A DNA stretch of 64,000 nucleotides, taken from contig CALXQV010000040.1 of NCBI GenBank assembly GCA_944390535.1, positions 7,588-71,587 on the forward strand. Reading direction: 5' to 3'. A program made the translations under genes and the position numbers. Origin of the DNA: an uncultured Clostridia bacterium (GTDB taxonomy: Bacteria > Bacillota > Clostridia > TANB77 > CAG-508). Positions within the stretch are counted from its first letter, which is position 1; each line of letters opens with the position of its first letter. Below the pieces are notes generated by a model. The model was not told the origin of the DNA. It did no database searches and saw only the letters and a list, made by a program, of their open reading frames with translations. Below are positions 9,537 through 19,686 of the stretch, one piece after another.

Positions 9537-9947
9537 TTATATTTCCTTTAAATATTCTGACAATTTTGATAAATTTTTAGAAATTCCAATAACTTTTATA
9601 GGTATTTTTATTAAGCCTTTATTAGTTACTACATAATTTTCTATATGTAGCTTTTCTAAATTTATTATATTTTCTAATTCTTTTACAACATAATGTAATT
9701 GAACACAATGAGGAGACTTATCAACAGTAACAAATTTTATTTCTTTGATATTATTTCTAGATATCATACCTATTATTTTTGTAATAACCATATTTAGATG
9801 TGTTTCTTCTAAACATACTTCATATATGTTAACTGATTCTTGTTCTAGTTCTTGATATATCTTTGGAAACATATTTTGTAAACAGCTTCCTATGATTATT
9901 ATTTTTTCACTAATATCAAAGCAATTTGTTTTTAATAAATTTTTCAT
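9537..9947 (-). CDS. Small hydrogenase-operon protein with 4 Cys, possibly an HndB-like ferredoxin; function uncertain
   Basis: Translationally coupled between the NuoE-like and NuoF-like genes (stop/start abut at 9947/9948). Confidence 0.35.
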   Translation of the reverse strand: MKNLLKTNCFDISEKIIIIGSCLQNMFPKIYQELEQESVNIYEVCLEETHLNMVITKIIGMISRNNIKEIKFVTVDKSPHCVQLHYVVKELENIINLEKLHIENYVVTNKGLIKIPIKVIGISKNLSKLSEYLKEI

Positions 9948-10448
9948 TTATTCCTCCTTGCTATTTACAATTTCATCTAATACTTCATCTAATTTTTTAA
10001 CAGTAGCTTTTCCATACACTTCTCCATTTACTGTAAATACTGGAGCTAGTCCACAAGCACCAACACATCTTGTCTCCTCAATAGAAAACAATCCATCTTT
10101 TGTTGTTTCGCCTGATTCTATTTGCAGACGTTCTTTTAATCTATCCATAATTTTTTGAGAACCTTTGACATAACATGCTGTTCCCAAGCATACGGCAATA
10201 TTATATTTTCCTTTAGGTTTTAGGGTAAATCTCGAATAAAAAGTAATGACTCCATAAATCTCTGCCATTGGAATATTTAAAAATTCTGAAAGCTCCATTT
10301 GTGCATTTTGCGGAATATATCCATAATGCTCTTGTACTTCGTTCAACATTTGAATTAAATTGTCTTTGATAGGCAAATATTCATCAAACAATTTTTGCAT
10401 AAATTCATCCCTTTTAGGATTGCCACATTGGCATTTGTTTTTACTCAT
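9948..10448 (-). CDS. hydC: NuoE-like thioredoxin-fold 2Fe-2S subunit (HndA/HydC)
   Basis: CLGTACYVKGS and CVGACGLAP motifs. Confidence 0.8.
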   Translation of the reverse strand: MSKNKCQCGNPKRDEFMQKLFDEYLPIKDNLIQMLNEVQEHYGYIPQNAQMELSEFLNIPMAEIYGVITFYSRFTLKPKGKYNIAVCLGTACYVKGSQKIMDRLKERLQIESGETTKDGLFSIEETRCVGACGLAPVFTVNGEVYGKATVKKLDEVLDEIVNSKEE

Positions 10449-10488
10449 TTTAATACCTCCTCGTATATCTTATTAGGTAATTACATAG

Positions 10489-10517
10489 ATTATATCAGAC
10501 AAACATTTTTTATACAA
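10489..10517 (-). promoter_or_regulatory. Sigma-A-like promoter of the hydrogenase operon
   Basis: Minus-strand TTGTAT, 17-nt spacer, TATAAT, then RBS GAGGAGG before the hydC ATG. Confidence 0.4.
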
Positions 10518-10596
10518 GTTTTTTTCTGTTTAATATTGACTTTTTTGTCGAAAAATGTGAAAATTTAATTATGAAAACACGAAAGGGGGATTTATC

Positions 10597-11172
10597 ATGG
10601 GATATTCTAGTTATTACTCTTCATATCCAAGTTATTATGACTATTATGATTATGGATATTCTGCTGCTGATTCATCAATATTTACAGCATTAGGGGCTGC
10701 ACTAGGTATGTTTTTAGGGGTTTTTCTTGTTATTGCATTCGCGATTGCAGTTCTTCAATTAGTTGCTATGTGGAAGGTCTATACAAAAGCAGGAGAAAAA
10801 GGATGGAAATGCTTAATACCAATTTACAATATTGTTATCTTATTTAAAATCTCTGGACTTTCACCTTGGATTATCTTTGGATATTTAGCAGGAATTATTC
10901 CAGTTGTTGGATGGCTTGTATGTATGGGTATTACCATCTACCAATGTAATTCTTTAGCCAAATCATTTGGTAAAGATGTTGGTTATACAGTTGGATTGAT
11001 ATTCTTACCAACAATTTTCTATATGATTTTAGGCTTTGGCAAAGCTGAATATGTTGGTAAAGGAAGTGTTGCAACTACAAGTACATATCAAGGTGATGGT
11101 GTTGTTAATATCTCTGAAAAACCACAAAATGAGCAACCAACTAATAAAGACGAGGATGATACTAACGAATAA
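10597..11172 (+). CDS. DUF5684-like membrane protein with a Tyr/Ser-rich low-complexity N-terminus
   Basis: WKVYTKAGEKGWKCLIPIYNIVILFKISGLSPW core; RBS GAAAGGGGG. It is the only sizeable plus-strand gene in the window. Confidence 0.55.
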   Translation: MGYSSYYSSYPSYYDYYDYGYSAADSSIFTALGAALGMFLGVFLVIAFAIAVLQLVAMWKVYTKAGEKGWKCLIPIYNIVILFKISGLSPWIIFGYLAGIIPVVGWLVCMGITIYQCNSLAKSFGKDVGYTVGLIFLPTIFYMILGFGKAEYVGKGSVATTSTYQGDGVVNISEKPQNEQPTNKDEDDTNE

Positions 11173-11196
11173 TTGTAGGAATTTATTTTCTAAACT

Positions 11197-11228
11197 ATAA
11201 AAATAGAGGTAACCCCTCTATTTTTTTG
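11197..11228. terminator. Bidirectional rho-independent terminator (uvrB / DUF5684 gene); a second hairpin lies at ~11240-11270
   Basis: aaaatagaggtaacccctctattttttt, with an A-run before and a T-run after. Confidence 0.5.
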
Positions 11229-11277
11229 CCTATTATAAAAGTCCTTGAAAATTTCAAGAACTTTTATCGTTTTTTAT

Positions 11278-13242
11278 TTAATTACCTTCAACTAATTTTT
11301 CTAATTCTTTTATTTTATCACGTAATTCAGCTGCTTTTTCAAATTCCATTTCAGCTGCATATTTTAGCATTTCATCTGTTAGTTTTGTCATCATATCTTT
11401 AATATCTTCTTCTTTTTCTAGTTTATACTCTACACCTATATCATCTGTAATGGTAACTCTGATAGAATCACGCACAGATTTCCTAATGGTCTTTGGTGTT
11501 ATATGATGTTCTTTGTTATATGCTTCTTGAATCCTTCTTCTTCTATTGGTTTCTGAAATGGCTTTTTCCATGCTTTCTGTTAATTCATCTGCATACATAA
11601 TAACTGTACCATCTGTATTTCTTGCTGCCCTTCCAATGGTCTGGATTAAGGACCTTTCTGAACGTAAAAATCCTTCTTTGTCTGCATCTAATATGGCAAC
11701 TAGAGATACTTCTGGAATGTCTAAACCTTCTCTTAACAAGTTAATACCAACTAAAACATCAAATTCACCTAACCTCAAATTTCGGATAATTTCCATTCTT
11801 TCTAATGTTTTCGTATCAGAGTGCATATAGTTTACTTTAATATCTAATCCTTTTAAATAATCGGTTAAATCTTCGGCCATTTTTTTAGTTAAAGTTGTTA
11901 CCAATACTCTCTCATTTCTTTCTACTCTAATACGAATTTGTTCTAATAAATCATCGATTTGATTTGTAACTGGTTTTACTTCTATTTTAGGGTCTAATAA
12001 TCCAGTAGGTCTAATAATCTGTTCTATCATATTTTCTTTACTATGTTCTTTTTCATAATCACCAGGTGTTGCACTAACAAACACAACTTGATTCAATTTT
12101 TTTTCAAATTCTTGGAATGTTAGAGGTCTATTATCAAATGCAGACGGTAATCTAAATCCATAATTGATTAAAGACTCCTTTCTTGAATGGTCTCCATTAT
12201 ACATTGCCCTTACTTGTGGAATGGTTGCATGAGATTCATCAATTAATAGTAAGAAATCTTTTGGAAAATAATCAAATAGAGTATATGGAGGGCTCCCTGG
12301 TTTTCTACCACTAATATGTCTAGAATAATTTTCAATTCCTGAGCAAAATCCTGTCTCTTTCATCATTTCAATGTCAAAATTAGTTCTTTCTTCAATTCTT
12401 TGTGCTTCAATTAATTTATTATGGTCTTTAAAATATTGGATTCTTTCTTCTAGTTCTTCTTCAATAGTTATAATGGCTCTTTCCATTTTGTTTTTAGTTG
12501 TTACATAATGTGATGCAGGAGAAATCAGAACATGCCTTCTACTTCCAATGGTTTTACCTGTTAGCGGATTGATTTCTACTAGCTTTTCAATTTCATCTCC
12601 CCAAAATTCTACTCTGATAGCTGATTCTGATTGGTCAGATGGATAAATTTCTACAATATCACCTTTGGCTCTAAAAGTTCCTCTTTGAAAATCGATTTCA
12701 TTTCTTGTATATTGCATGGTAATCAATTTTCTTAATACTTCATCTCTCCCCTTTTGCATACCTGGTCTTAAAGATAACATCATTTCCTGATAATCTTCTG
12801 GATCTCCTAACCCATAGATACAAGAAACAGAAGCAACAATAATAACATCTCTTGTTTCAAATAAAGATAAGGTTGCTGAGTGTCTTAATTTATCAATTTC
12901 ATCATTTACGGAAGAGTCTTTTTCTATGTAAGTATCTGATTGAGGAATGTAGCTTTCTGGTTGGTAATAATCATAATAACTAACAAAATACTCAACGTTG
13001 TTCTCAGGGAAGAATTCTTTGAACTCTGAATAGAGTTGCCCAGCTAGTGTTTTATTATGTGCTAACACTAATGTTGGCTTTTGCACTTTCTGTATTATGT
13101 TAGCCATTGTAAAGGTCTTTCCTGAGCCTGTAACACCTAGAAGTGTCTGGAATTTCTTACCTTCTTCTATTCCCTTACTTAAATATTCTATTGCCTGTGG
13201 TTGGTCTCCTGTTGGCTTATATTCTGAATGTAATTTGAACAT
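11278..13242 (-). CDS. uvrB: Excinuclease ABC subunit B
   Basis: [15 protein letters not shown] Walker A; helicase motifs; C-terminal UVR coiled-coil ([16 protein letters not shown]). Confidence 0.9.
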   Translation of the reverse strand: MFKLHSEYKPTGDQPQAIEYLSKGIEEGKKFQTLLGVTGSGKTFTMANIIQKVQKPTLVLAHNKTLAGQLYSEFKEFFPENNVEYFVSYYDYYQPESYIPQSDTYIEKDSSVNDEIDKLRHSATLSLFETRDVIIVASVSCIYGLGDPEDYQEMMLSLRPGMQKGRDEVLRKLITMQYTRNEIDFQRGTFRAKGDIVEIYPSDQSESAIRVEFWGDEIEKLVEINPLTGKTIGSRRHVLISPASHYVTTKNKMERAIITIEEELEERIQYFKDHNKLIEAQRIEERTNFDIEMMKETGFCSGIENYSRHISGRKPGSPPYTLFDYFPKDFLLLIDESHATIPQVRAMYNGDHSRKESLINYGFRLPSAFDNRPLTFQEFEKKLNQVVFVSATPGDYEKEHSKENMIEQIIRPTGLLDPKIEVKPVTNQIDDLLEQIRIRVERNERVLVTTLTKKMAEDLTDYLKGLDIKVNYMHSDTKTLERMEIIRNLRLGEFDVLVGINLLREGLDIPEVSLVAILDADKEGFLRSERSLIQTIGRAARNTDGTVIMYADELTESMEKAISETNRRRRIQEAYNKEHHITPKTIRKSVRDSIRVTITDDIGVEYKLEKEEDIKDMMTKLTDEMLKYAAEMEFEKAAELRDKIKELEKLVEGN

Positions 13243-13281
13243 ATTTCCTCCTCTGTTGTAGATATGTATGAAAAAATAAAA

Positions 13282-13557
13282 TTAACAATAAAATTTAATT
13301 TCACTTATATCGCTAATATGGTAATATTCTTTCCATTTAGAAATAATCAAAAAATAATGTTTAGATATTATATCTAATAATTTGTTTAAATCATTTTGAG
13401 AAATTTTACTTTTATTATTAGCTAATATACACCCTCCAGCTTGTGTTAACCAAACTTTAGTTGAATTTTGGGTTGGATTTCCTTTTGAGATATGAATATG
13501 AATGGGTTCATTATTCTCATTTGACCAAAAATATATTTTATAACCGAAAACTTTCAA
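13282..13557 (-). CDS. DUF4160-family small protein
   Basis: FWSNENNEPIHIHISKGN signature. Confidence 0.5.
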   Translation of the reverse strand: MKVFGYKIYFWSNENNEPIHIHISKGNPTQNSTKVWLTQAGGCILANNKSKISQNDLNKLLDIISKHYFLIISKWKEYYHISDISEIKFYC

Positions 13558-13562
13558 AAATA

Positions 13563-13844
13563 CTAGGCAAATTTAAGACCTCCTTCTTTAGCATATTTAT
13601 AGAATAAGTCACAACTATTCCTAACTACTTGTTTAAAAAAATCAATTTCTTCATCAGTATAATTTCCTTCCCAAATAGTTACTTCGTAAGTAGGTAATTT
13701 TATTCTAACAGAATCAAATCCGTTTTCAGTAGGTCTTTCAAAATGAACATCGATACATTCTTGATCATTATCAATATATATATTTGAGAAAACAACTTCC
13801 GTACCATCAGAATATTTTACATATGGATACATCATAATATGCAC
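13563..13844 (-). CDS. DUF2442-like small protein, paired with the DUF4160 gene (putative TA-like pair)
   Basis: 93-aa partner 5 nt upstream of the DUF4160 gene. It has its own TTGATA-17-TATAAT promoter upstream. Confidence 0.45.
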   Translation of the reverse strand: MHIMMYPYVKYSDGTEVVFSNIYIDNDQECIDVHFERPTENGFDSVRIKLPTYEVTIWEGNYTDEEIDFFKQVVRNSCDLFYKYAKEGGLKFA

Positions 13845-13913
13845 TCTCCTTTATATTAATTATTATATTACATTTAAAACCTTTTATCAATAAAATCAAA
13901 GGAATTTCGTTAT

Positions 13914-14837
13914 TTATTCTCCCTTAATATCTGCCTCTGTTTCTTGATTATTTTTATTATGCTTATCATGCACTTTAAAGTAATATGGTTGTATATCTAA
14001 CAGACTGTCCATGTATACCATATTTCCATTTTTGTCCTGAACTTTCAAGTTTGGAAATGTTCTTATCATTTTTTTATCTCCCCAGAATTGATAAATAAAA
14101 TCTGATAATTTTTCATTCCCATAGATTTTATCGTATTGTTCTATCACTTGTTTCTTATTAGAAACATCAATGTCATTTTTGACAATCATTCTAACTAAGA
14201 AAAATTCAATTGCAAAGCCAGTTGATACGCAATCTATCATAAGCAGAATAAATACAGTCATAACAAATGTTTTTAGTGCTTTATATGTTTTAAATTTGCT
14301 TTTTATCCAATTAATCATTCTATCTATTCTTGGATTCAAAGAAGCAATTAGATAAATTCCTAAAAATCCCCAAAAAACAGAAAAATACACACAAATCCTT
14401 CCATTAATATTTAGTGGCATATTGGAATAGTCCCACCATTTTACACCTAATAACATTTCTCCTATGAAACTTACCACATATTCTACAATGGAACCAACGA
14501 TAAATCCGCCAATGAAAAGTGTATTAAATTTCCTAGGAAATTTATGCAAGCAAATAATCATAATGACGGCACCTAATCCATAAATTCCACAAAATGGTCC
14601 ATATAAAAAACTTTGTCTACTTTCCCATACCCCTTTGGTTATCATACCATATATAGTTTCTATCATATATCCTAATATACTATAAATAATAAAATATGCT
14701 AAAATTCTCCATATACTAATTTCATTGATTGTTCTTTTTTTCTTCACATTTGTTTGTGCTTGTGTCTCATGACTTTCTTGGTAATGATTCTCTTTAACTA
14801 TTACATCTTCTTCATTTTTTATTTCTTTGTTTTTCAT
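13914..14837 (-). CDS. Polytopic membrane protein of the 'putative ABC-transporter type IV'-like family (DUF1113-like), with N- and C-terminal extensions
   Basis: YGPFCGIYGLGAV...WWDYS core, shared with the ORFs at 18119-18772 and 19116-19670. Confidence 0.45.
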   Translation of the reverse strand: MKNKEIKNEEDVIVKENHYQESHETQAQTNVKKKRTINEISIWRILAYFIIYSILGYMIETIYGMITKGVWESRQSFLYGPFCGIYGLGAVIMIICLHKFPRKFNTLFIGGFIVGSIVEYVVSFIGEMLLGVKWWDYSNMPLNINGRICVYFSVFWGFLGIYLIASLNPRIDRMINWIKSKFKTYKALKTFVMTVFILLMIDCVSTGFAIEFFLVRMIVKNDIDVSNKKQVIEQYDKIYGNEKLSDFIYQFWGDKKMIRTFPNLKVQDKNGNMVYMDSLLDIQPYYFKVHDKHNKNNQETEADIKGE

Positions 14838-14853
14838 ATATTAAAAATCCTTT

Positions 14854-16629
14854 CTAAAGTAGGCTCTTTAATTGTTCAATCTTCTCCTTATAATATCCAA
14901 TCATCACTTCATATATATGAATATCTTCTAAGTCAACATCTACCATCTTTAAAAGATCTGTTGACTTTTTCGTACATCCTTGACTTAACATATGAATATA
15001 TTTTTCTACAAAACCTTCTTCTTTATTCAAAATTTTCCTTGCAATACAAATGGCTGCTGATATTCCTGTTGCATATTTATACACATAAAAATCTCTATAG
15101 AAATGCGGTATTCTGGCCCAACCATATTTGCTGTTATCCACTGTGGTAAGAGATTTTCCCATATAATTTTGATTTACAGTATCATAGATTTTATTCAAAT
15201 CTTCTGAAGATAACATGTTTCCTTTTTCTATTTCTTCATGGACTTCTTTTTCAAATTCTGCAAACATAGATTGGGTATAAAAAGTTGATCTTATTAATTC
15301 TAACAATTCATATATCATTTCTGTTTTTTTCTTTTTATCTGTCTCATGTTGCAGTTGATATTCTATTAGTATAATTTCATTTACAGTAGATGCTACTTCT
15401 GCTACCATAATGGTATAATCTGCATTAAAAATATTTTGATTTTTATTCGAATAATATGCATGCATACTGTGTCCTAATTCATGTGCAATTGTCCTTACAT
15501 CACTTTGATCTCCTATATAATTTAACAAGATAAATGGGTGTACATCATAAACTCCTAAATTATATCCTCCTTTTCTTTTATTTGGCTTTTCATAAACATC
15601 TATCCATCGATTTTGAAAGGCATGTTCTAGCATCTCTTCATATTCTTTTCCTAAAATAGATAGCGCAGATTTTACTACTTTTTTAGCTTCTTCATATGGT
15701 ATTTTCTCTTCACTTTTTGTAAACGGATTTAGATAGACGTCATACATATGCATTTCTTCTAAATGTAATAACTCCTTTTTTAGCTCCATATATTCATGAT
15801 TGGCTTCTAATCCTTTATGAACACCTTTTATTAAAGTATCAAAAACTTTTACACTAGCATCATCATCGATAGTCACTGCTTCTAATGAAGATTGGTAGTT
15901 TCTTAATTTAGCTGTAATGGCTGTTTGTTTTACATTTGCCAAATACATTTCTGTAATGGTGTTGATAAATTCTTTATACTTATTCATCATCAAATCATAT
16001 GCTTGTTTTCTTACACTTTGGTTTTTGCTTTTTACATATATAGAATATGTCGCATCTGTTAATTCTACTTCTTGTCCATCTTCATTAATCAATGTGCCGA
16101 ATTTGAATTCTGCATTTGTTAGCATGTCATATATGTTTTTTGGTGCATAAAAAATTTCAGAATAATTCGCAAGTAAATTTTCTTCTTCCTTACTTAATGT
16201 ATGTTTTTTCTTTTCTATGATATTTTCAATATCTCTTTTATATGGTTCTAATCTTGTATCTTCTTTTAAATATTTATTAAGAATATCCTCTTTTGTAAAT
16301 GTAATTTCTGGTGTGATATAGGCAGTTGTTGTACTAAATTCTGCGTCTAGATTTTCTACCTCTTTAAATAATTTTATTCCTTCTTGATCCGCCATATTTA
16401 AATGATAGTTTAGCATACCATATGCATATATCTTTTCCAATTTTATTAATGCGATTTCATATAAGCGGTAACATTGATATAAATTTTCTGAACTTTCACA
16501 TAATATTCCTTTATATATTCCTATTTTTTCTAATAAATCCTTTACACTTGTCATTTCTTTATAAAATTCTTCTTTATTTTGAAATAAATCTCTTAAGTCC
16601 CAACTATATTGTTCTTCTAAATTTTCCAT
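14854..16629 (-). CDS. pepF: Oligoendopeptidase F (M3B)
   Basis: HELGHSMH zinc motif; 591 aa. Confidence 0.8.
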   Translation of the reverse strand: MENLEEQYSWDLRDLFQNKEEFYKEMTSVKDLLEKIGIYKGILCESSENLYQCYRLYEIALIKLEKIYAYGMLNYHLNMADQEGIKLFKEVENLDAEFSTTTAYITPEITFTKEDILNKYLKEDTRLEPYKRDIENIIEKKKHTLSKEEENLLANYSEIFYAPKNIYDMLTNAEFKFGTLINEDGQEVELTDATYSIYVKSKNQSVRKQAYDLMMNKYKEFINTITEMYLANVKQTAITAKLRNYQSSLEAVTIDDDASVKVFDTLIKGVHKGLEANHEYMELKKELLHLEEMHMYDVYLNPFTKSEEKIPYEEAKKVVKSALSILGKEYEEMLEHAFQNRWIDVYEKPNKRKGGYNLGVYDVHPFILLNYIGDQSDVRTIAHELGHSMHAYYSNKNQNIFNADYTIMVAEVASTVNEIILIEYQLQHETDKKKKTEMIYELLELIRSTFYTQSMFAEFEKEVHEEIEKGNMLSSEDLNKIYDTVNQNYMGKSLTTVDNSKYGWARIPHFYRDFYVYKYATGISAAICIARKILNKEEGFVEKYIHMLSQGCTKKSTDLLKMVDVDLEDIHIYEVMIGYYKEKIEQLKSLL

Positions 16630-16750
16630 ATTTTTTCCTCCTTTTGTCCTATTTTATCATACAAAAATATGATATACAATAAAAACACCTTTATTTATAT
16701 CATAGTTCTATAAGATTATATATGAATAAAGGTGTTTCCTAAGTATATTT

Positions 16751-17056
16751 TTAATAAATGGGAATCTTTAATTCCATTCCTTCTAATAAATCACTAGTAT
16801 GCATATTGTTTAACTCTTTTATTTCTAAAATAACATTTCGAATATCTTCATTTTGAAAATAGCTATTTCGTTGTATTTCTTTTTCTGCAATTGTCCATAA
16901 AGTTTCTCCTTTTCCAACATATTCTGTTTTATATTTTATCTCGCTGCTAGAATATGTCTTATGGCTTGCAATCCATATTATAATTACTACTAAAGCTAAT
17001 AAAATGAATATTGATCTTATAAACTTATTTTTATTTATTATTTTTCTATGTTTCAT
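16751..17056 (-). CDS. LysM-domain membrane protein, YneA-like SOS cell-division inhibitor candidate
   Basis: N-terminal TM segment followed by YVGKGETLWTIAE...LKIP, a LysM-type sequence. Confidence 0.5.
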   Translation of the reverse strand: MKHRKIINKNKFIRSIFILLALVVIIIWIASHKTYSSSEIKYKTEYVGKGETLWTIAEKEIQRNSYFQNEDIRNVILEIKELNNMHTSDLLEGMELKIPIY

Positions 17057-17071
17057 AATAGCCTCCTTTAA

Positions 17072-17123
17072 GAATATATGTTCGGTATGTTTGTATTATA
17101 TACGAACATTTATTCTTTGTCAA
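17072..17123 (-). promoter_or_regulatory. Promoter (TTGACA-17-TATAAT) overlapped by two imperfect Cheo/LexA-type boxes
   Basis: Minus strand: ttgacaaagaataaatgttcgtatataat. Boxes GAATAAATGTTCG and CGAACATATATTC resemble CGAACNNNNGTTCG. Confidence 0.45.
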
Positions 17124-17146
17124 TAGCTATTGCAAAAAAATGTTTG

Positions 17147-17725
17147 TTAAATTAATATTGGACTGATTTGTTCTCCTTCTAAAGCATATTCGATTGTTTT
17201 TATCATATATTCTGCATCAAATACGATGGATCTTGGTTTGGTAATCGGATTATCCTGTCTAAATGGTACGAAATAATAATGTTTTCTATTCAGCAATTTT
17301 CCTATATTTTCAGCATTACCACTTAATCCATTGTTAGTAGAAGGTGCAATAACTAGTGGACGGCTATTTCTTAAATGTGATTTTGCTGCCATAGTTGCAG
17401 GTGTATCTATAATATCACAGGCTAGTTTTGACATTGTATTTCCAGAGCATGGTGCGATTATCATAATATCTGTCATCTTTTTAGGACCGATTGGCTCTGC
17501 ATCGGCTATTGTGTGAATAATTTTTTTCCCTGTTAATTCTTCTATTTCGCTAATAAAGTCTTCTGCTTTTCCAAATTTCGTATCTAATTCATAACTATTA
17601 AATGACATAATGGGAACGATTTCGGCTTCTTTTTTTATTAATTCTTTCATTTTTGGCAATACTTTTGAAAATGTACAAAACGAACCTGTTAATACAAATC
17701 CTATCTTTTTTCCTTTTACTTCCAA
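17147..17725 (-). CDS. dpaB: Dipicolinate synthase subunit B-like flavoprotein (SpoVFB/DpaB family), with no adjacent dpaA
   Basis: GFVLTGSFCT, IAPCSGNTMSKLA and MAAKSHLRNSRPLV motifs match the B. subtilis SpoVFB pattern. Confidence 0.55.
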   Translation of the reverse strand: MEVKGKKIGFVLTGSFCTFSKVLPKMKELIKKEAEIVPIMSFNSYELDTKFGKAEDFISEIEELTGKKIIHTIADAEPIGPKKMTDIMIIAPCSGNTMSKLACDIIDTPATMAAKSHLRNSRPLVIAPSTNNGLSGNAENIGKLLNRKHYYFVPFRQDNPITKPRSIVFDAEYMIKTIEYALEGEQISPILI

Positions 17726-17760
17726 ATAAACTCCTCCTTTCTTTTCATCTTATATATAAT

Positions 17761-18054
17761 ATGATTTTATGTAAATGTTGGTTGATATTTTTTAAAATCT
17801 TATAATTTTACAATCGAGTAATAGAAGTAGCTAATTTTACGATTAGCCACCATTCTACGGTTCGGGCAACTGCCCAAGCTTTCACTATTTCAAAGACAAC
17901 TGTGCATATGGACTTGACTAAACGCTTGCCTGAAATTTCTCCTATCTTATATGAATCCGTACGTGAAGTACTAGATTCAAATAGGAAGCTGCGTCATATC
18001 CACGGAGGAATGGCAACGAAAAAGAAGTATCAAAATCCCCAAAAGATTAGATAA
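17761..18054 (+). pseudogene. spoIIID: spoIIID-like gene interrupted by an in-frame TAA at 17803-17805 (or started non-canonically)
   Basis: The frame after the TAA translates to FYNRVIEVANFTISHHSTVRATAQAFTISKTTVHMDLTKRLPEISPILYESVREVLDSNRKLRHIHGGMATKKKYQ. This aligns along the full length of SpoIIID. There is no ATG/GTG/TTG start after the TAA. The upstream in-frame ATG (17761) is separated from it by that stop. Confidence 0.55.
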
Positions 18055-18067
18055 TTCTTTTAAGCTC

Positions 18068-18110
18068 AAAAAACGGAACCTTTAGAAAAATAAAGGTTCC
18101 GTTTTTTATA
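18068..18110. terminator. Bidirectional rho-independent terminator
   Basis: aaaaacggaacctttagaaaaataaaggttccgtttttt. Confidence 0.6.
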
Positions 18111-18118
18111 TCATATTC

Positions 18119-18772
18119 TTATCTTTTTATTTCAATTTTATTTTCATAAATCTTATCCATTATTTCATCAGAATAATATTTATCAAAGAATATATCTATA
18201 TTACTTGATGCTGCAATTTCATTCTTTCTCTCTTCTTGCCTAATAGCAGCCATTGATGACACAATGATATTAAATAACATGAAGATAGCAAATAAAGCTG
18301 TAATCGTTCTAAAATAATTGTTTTTTATAATTTTCTCTATTTTGTTTATCAATGGTATTATATATTTCATAAATAAAATTCCCCCTATTCCCCAATATGT
18401 ACAATGTAATAAGCTAGTTCTTCCATTAATATTAAACCATAGGTGTGAATAATCCCATGATATCGTTCCAAATAGAATTTCCTGGAAGTATGAACATAAA
18501 TATTCTACAATACCTCCTAATAGCATAGTTACTAAAAAAATTTTTAGATAACTACCTTTTATTTTAGGAACAATGAAATAATATGCTAATATTCCCAATC
18601 CATATACTTGTGCAAATGGTCCAAATAGCAGTCCTTGTCTTGAAACAAAATGTCCATTTTGAACAAATCCTACCATCATTTCTACTATATATCCTATCAA
18701 ACTTCCTATAATAAATATCCAAAATATTTTAATCCATTGATTTATAACTTCTTGTTTTTTCATTTGCTTCAC
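18119..18772 (-). CDS. Paralog of the DUF1113-like membrane protein
   Basis: FGPFAQVYGLGI...SWDYS core. Confidence 0.45.
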   Translation of the reverse strand: MKQMKKQEVINQWIKIFWIFIIGSLIGYIVEMMVGFVQNGHFVSRQGLLFGPFAQVYGLGILAYYFIVPKIKGSYLKIFLVTMLLGGIVEYLCSYFQEILFGTISWDYSHLWFNINGRTSLLHCTYWGIGGILFMKYIIPLINKIEKIIKNNYFRTITALFAIFMLFNIIVSSMAAIRQEERKNEIAASSNIDIFFDKYYSDEIMDKIYENKIEIKR

Positions 18773-19115
18773 CCCTTTTTATTTTATAAAATCTTCTTCT
18801 CATCTTAAATTGATTTTTCTTACATTTCTATTACATTTTTGTAATTTTACTATATCACGAAAATCTTAATAAACTTTTTAGGGATTCTTAAATTTACTTG
18901 AATACTTTCTTAAGAAAAATTAAAAATTATTGATATGAAAGTTGGTTAAATGGATTAGAAAAAACAAAAACAGTTGCCTTTCGTATATTAAAACACAACT
19001 GCTTTTTATATAATAGGAAGGTAAGCCGTTCGTATTGTATGAAAAATACTTCGCACAGCAAATGTACACATTGTTTTTATATAGAATTGTAGTGATGGTA
19101 TTAATTTCAAATGAA

Positions 19116-19670
19116 TTATAGTTTTAAATATTTTATAATGGAAAATACACTATCTAATAGAAATATTCCAATTAGTATAAAACTAACGGTTCTTTGGATA
19201 GAATTTGTATTTCCTTTGGTTACTTTTTGTATTTTTGTTTGTATGTATGGATGTAACTTTTCTAGTAAAATCAATCCAATGACACCCCAAAATATAGAAT
19301 ATAATAAACTAACTCTTCCTTGTATATTTAAAAAATCATTTGAATAATCCCACCATCTTAATCCAAATAACATTTCTAAGACAAAAGAAACAATATATTC
19401 AAACAATGTAAATGCAATAGTTGCAATTAAAAATTTTAGAAGAGGTTTCTTATATAATTTTTTGGTTGCTATTAATAATAATACTGCTCCAAACCCATAA
19501 ATAGGACAAATCGGCCCATATAAAAATCCTCTGTTTACAAAATGACCATGTACAAACATAGCATAAATCGTTTCAATTAACCAGCCTAAAAAAGCATATA
19601 TGAAAAAATAGATAATATATTCCATTATTTTATCTTTTGTGGTTTTACCTAAGACTATTTTCTCTTCCAT
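19116..19670 (-). CDS. Paralog of the DUF1113-like membrane protein, 16 nt downstream of the TVP38 gene
   Basis: YGPICPIYGFGAV...WWDYS core. Confidence 0.45.
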   Translation of the reverse strand: MEEKIVLGKTTKDKIMEYIIYFFIYAFLGWLIETIYAMFVHGHFVNRGFLYGPICPIYGFGAVLLLIATKKLYKKPLLKFLIATIAFTLFEYIVSFVLEMLFGLRWWDYSNDFLNIQGRVSLLYSIFWGVIGLILLEKLHPYIQTKIQKVTKGNTNSIQRTVSFILIGIFLLDSVFSIIKYLKL

Positions 19671-19686
19671 AAATTCCCCTCTTTTT

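Noticed and set aside
10449-10596. Rex operator in the hydrogenase promoter (TGTGAAAATTTAATTATGAAAACA)
   Set aside because: Only one TGTGAA half-site is present with no inverted partner, so this is not a convincing Rex box.
13243-13281. LexA box upstream of uvrB
   Set aside because: GAACAT near 13241 is the uvrB start-codon region itself. No GAAC-N4-GTTC dyad was found.
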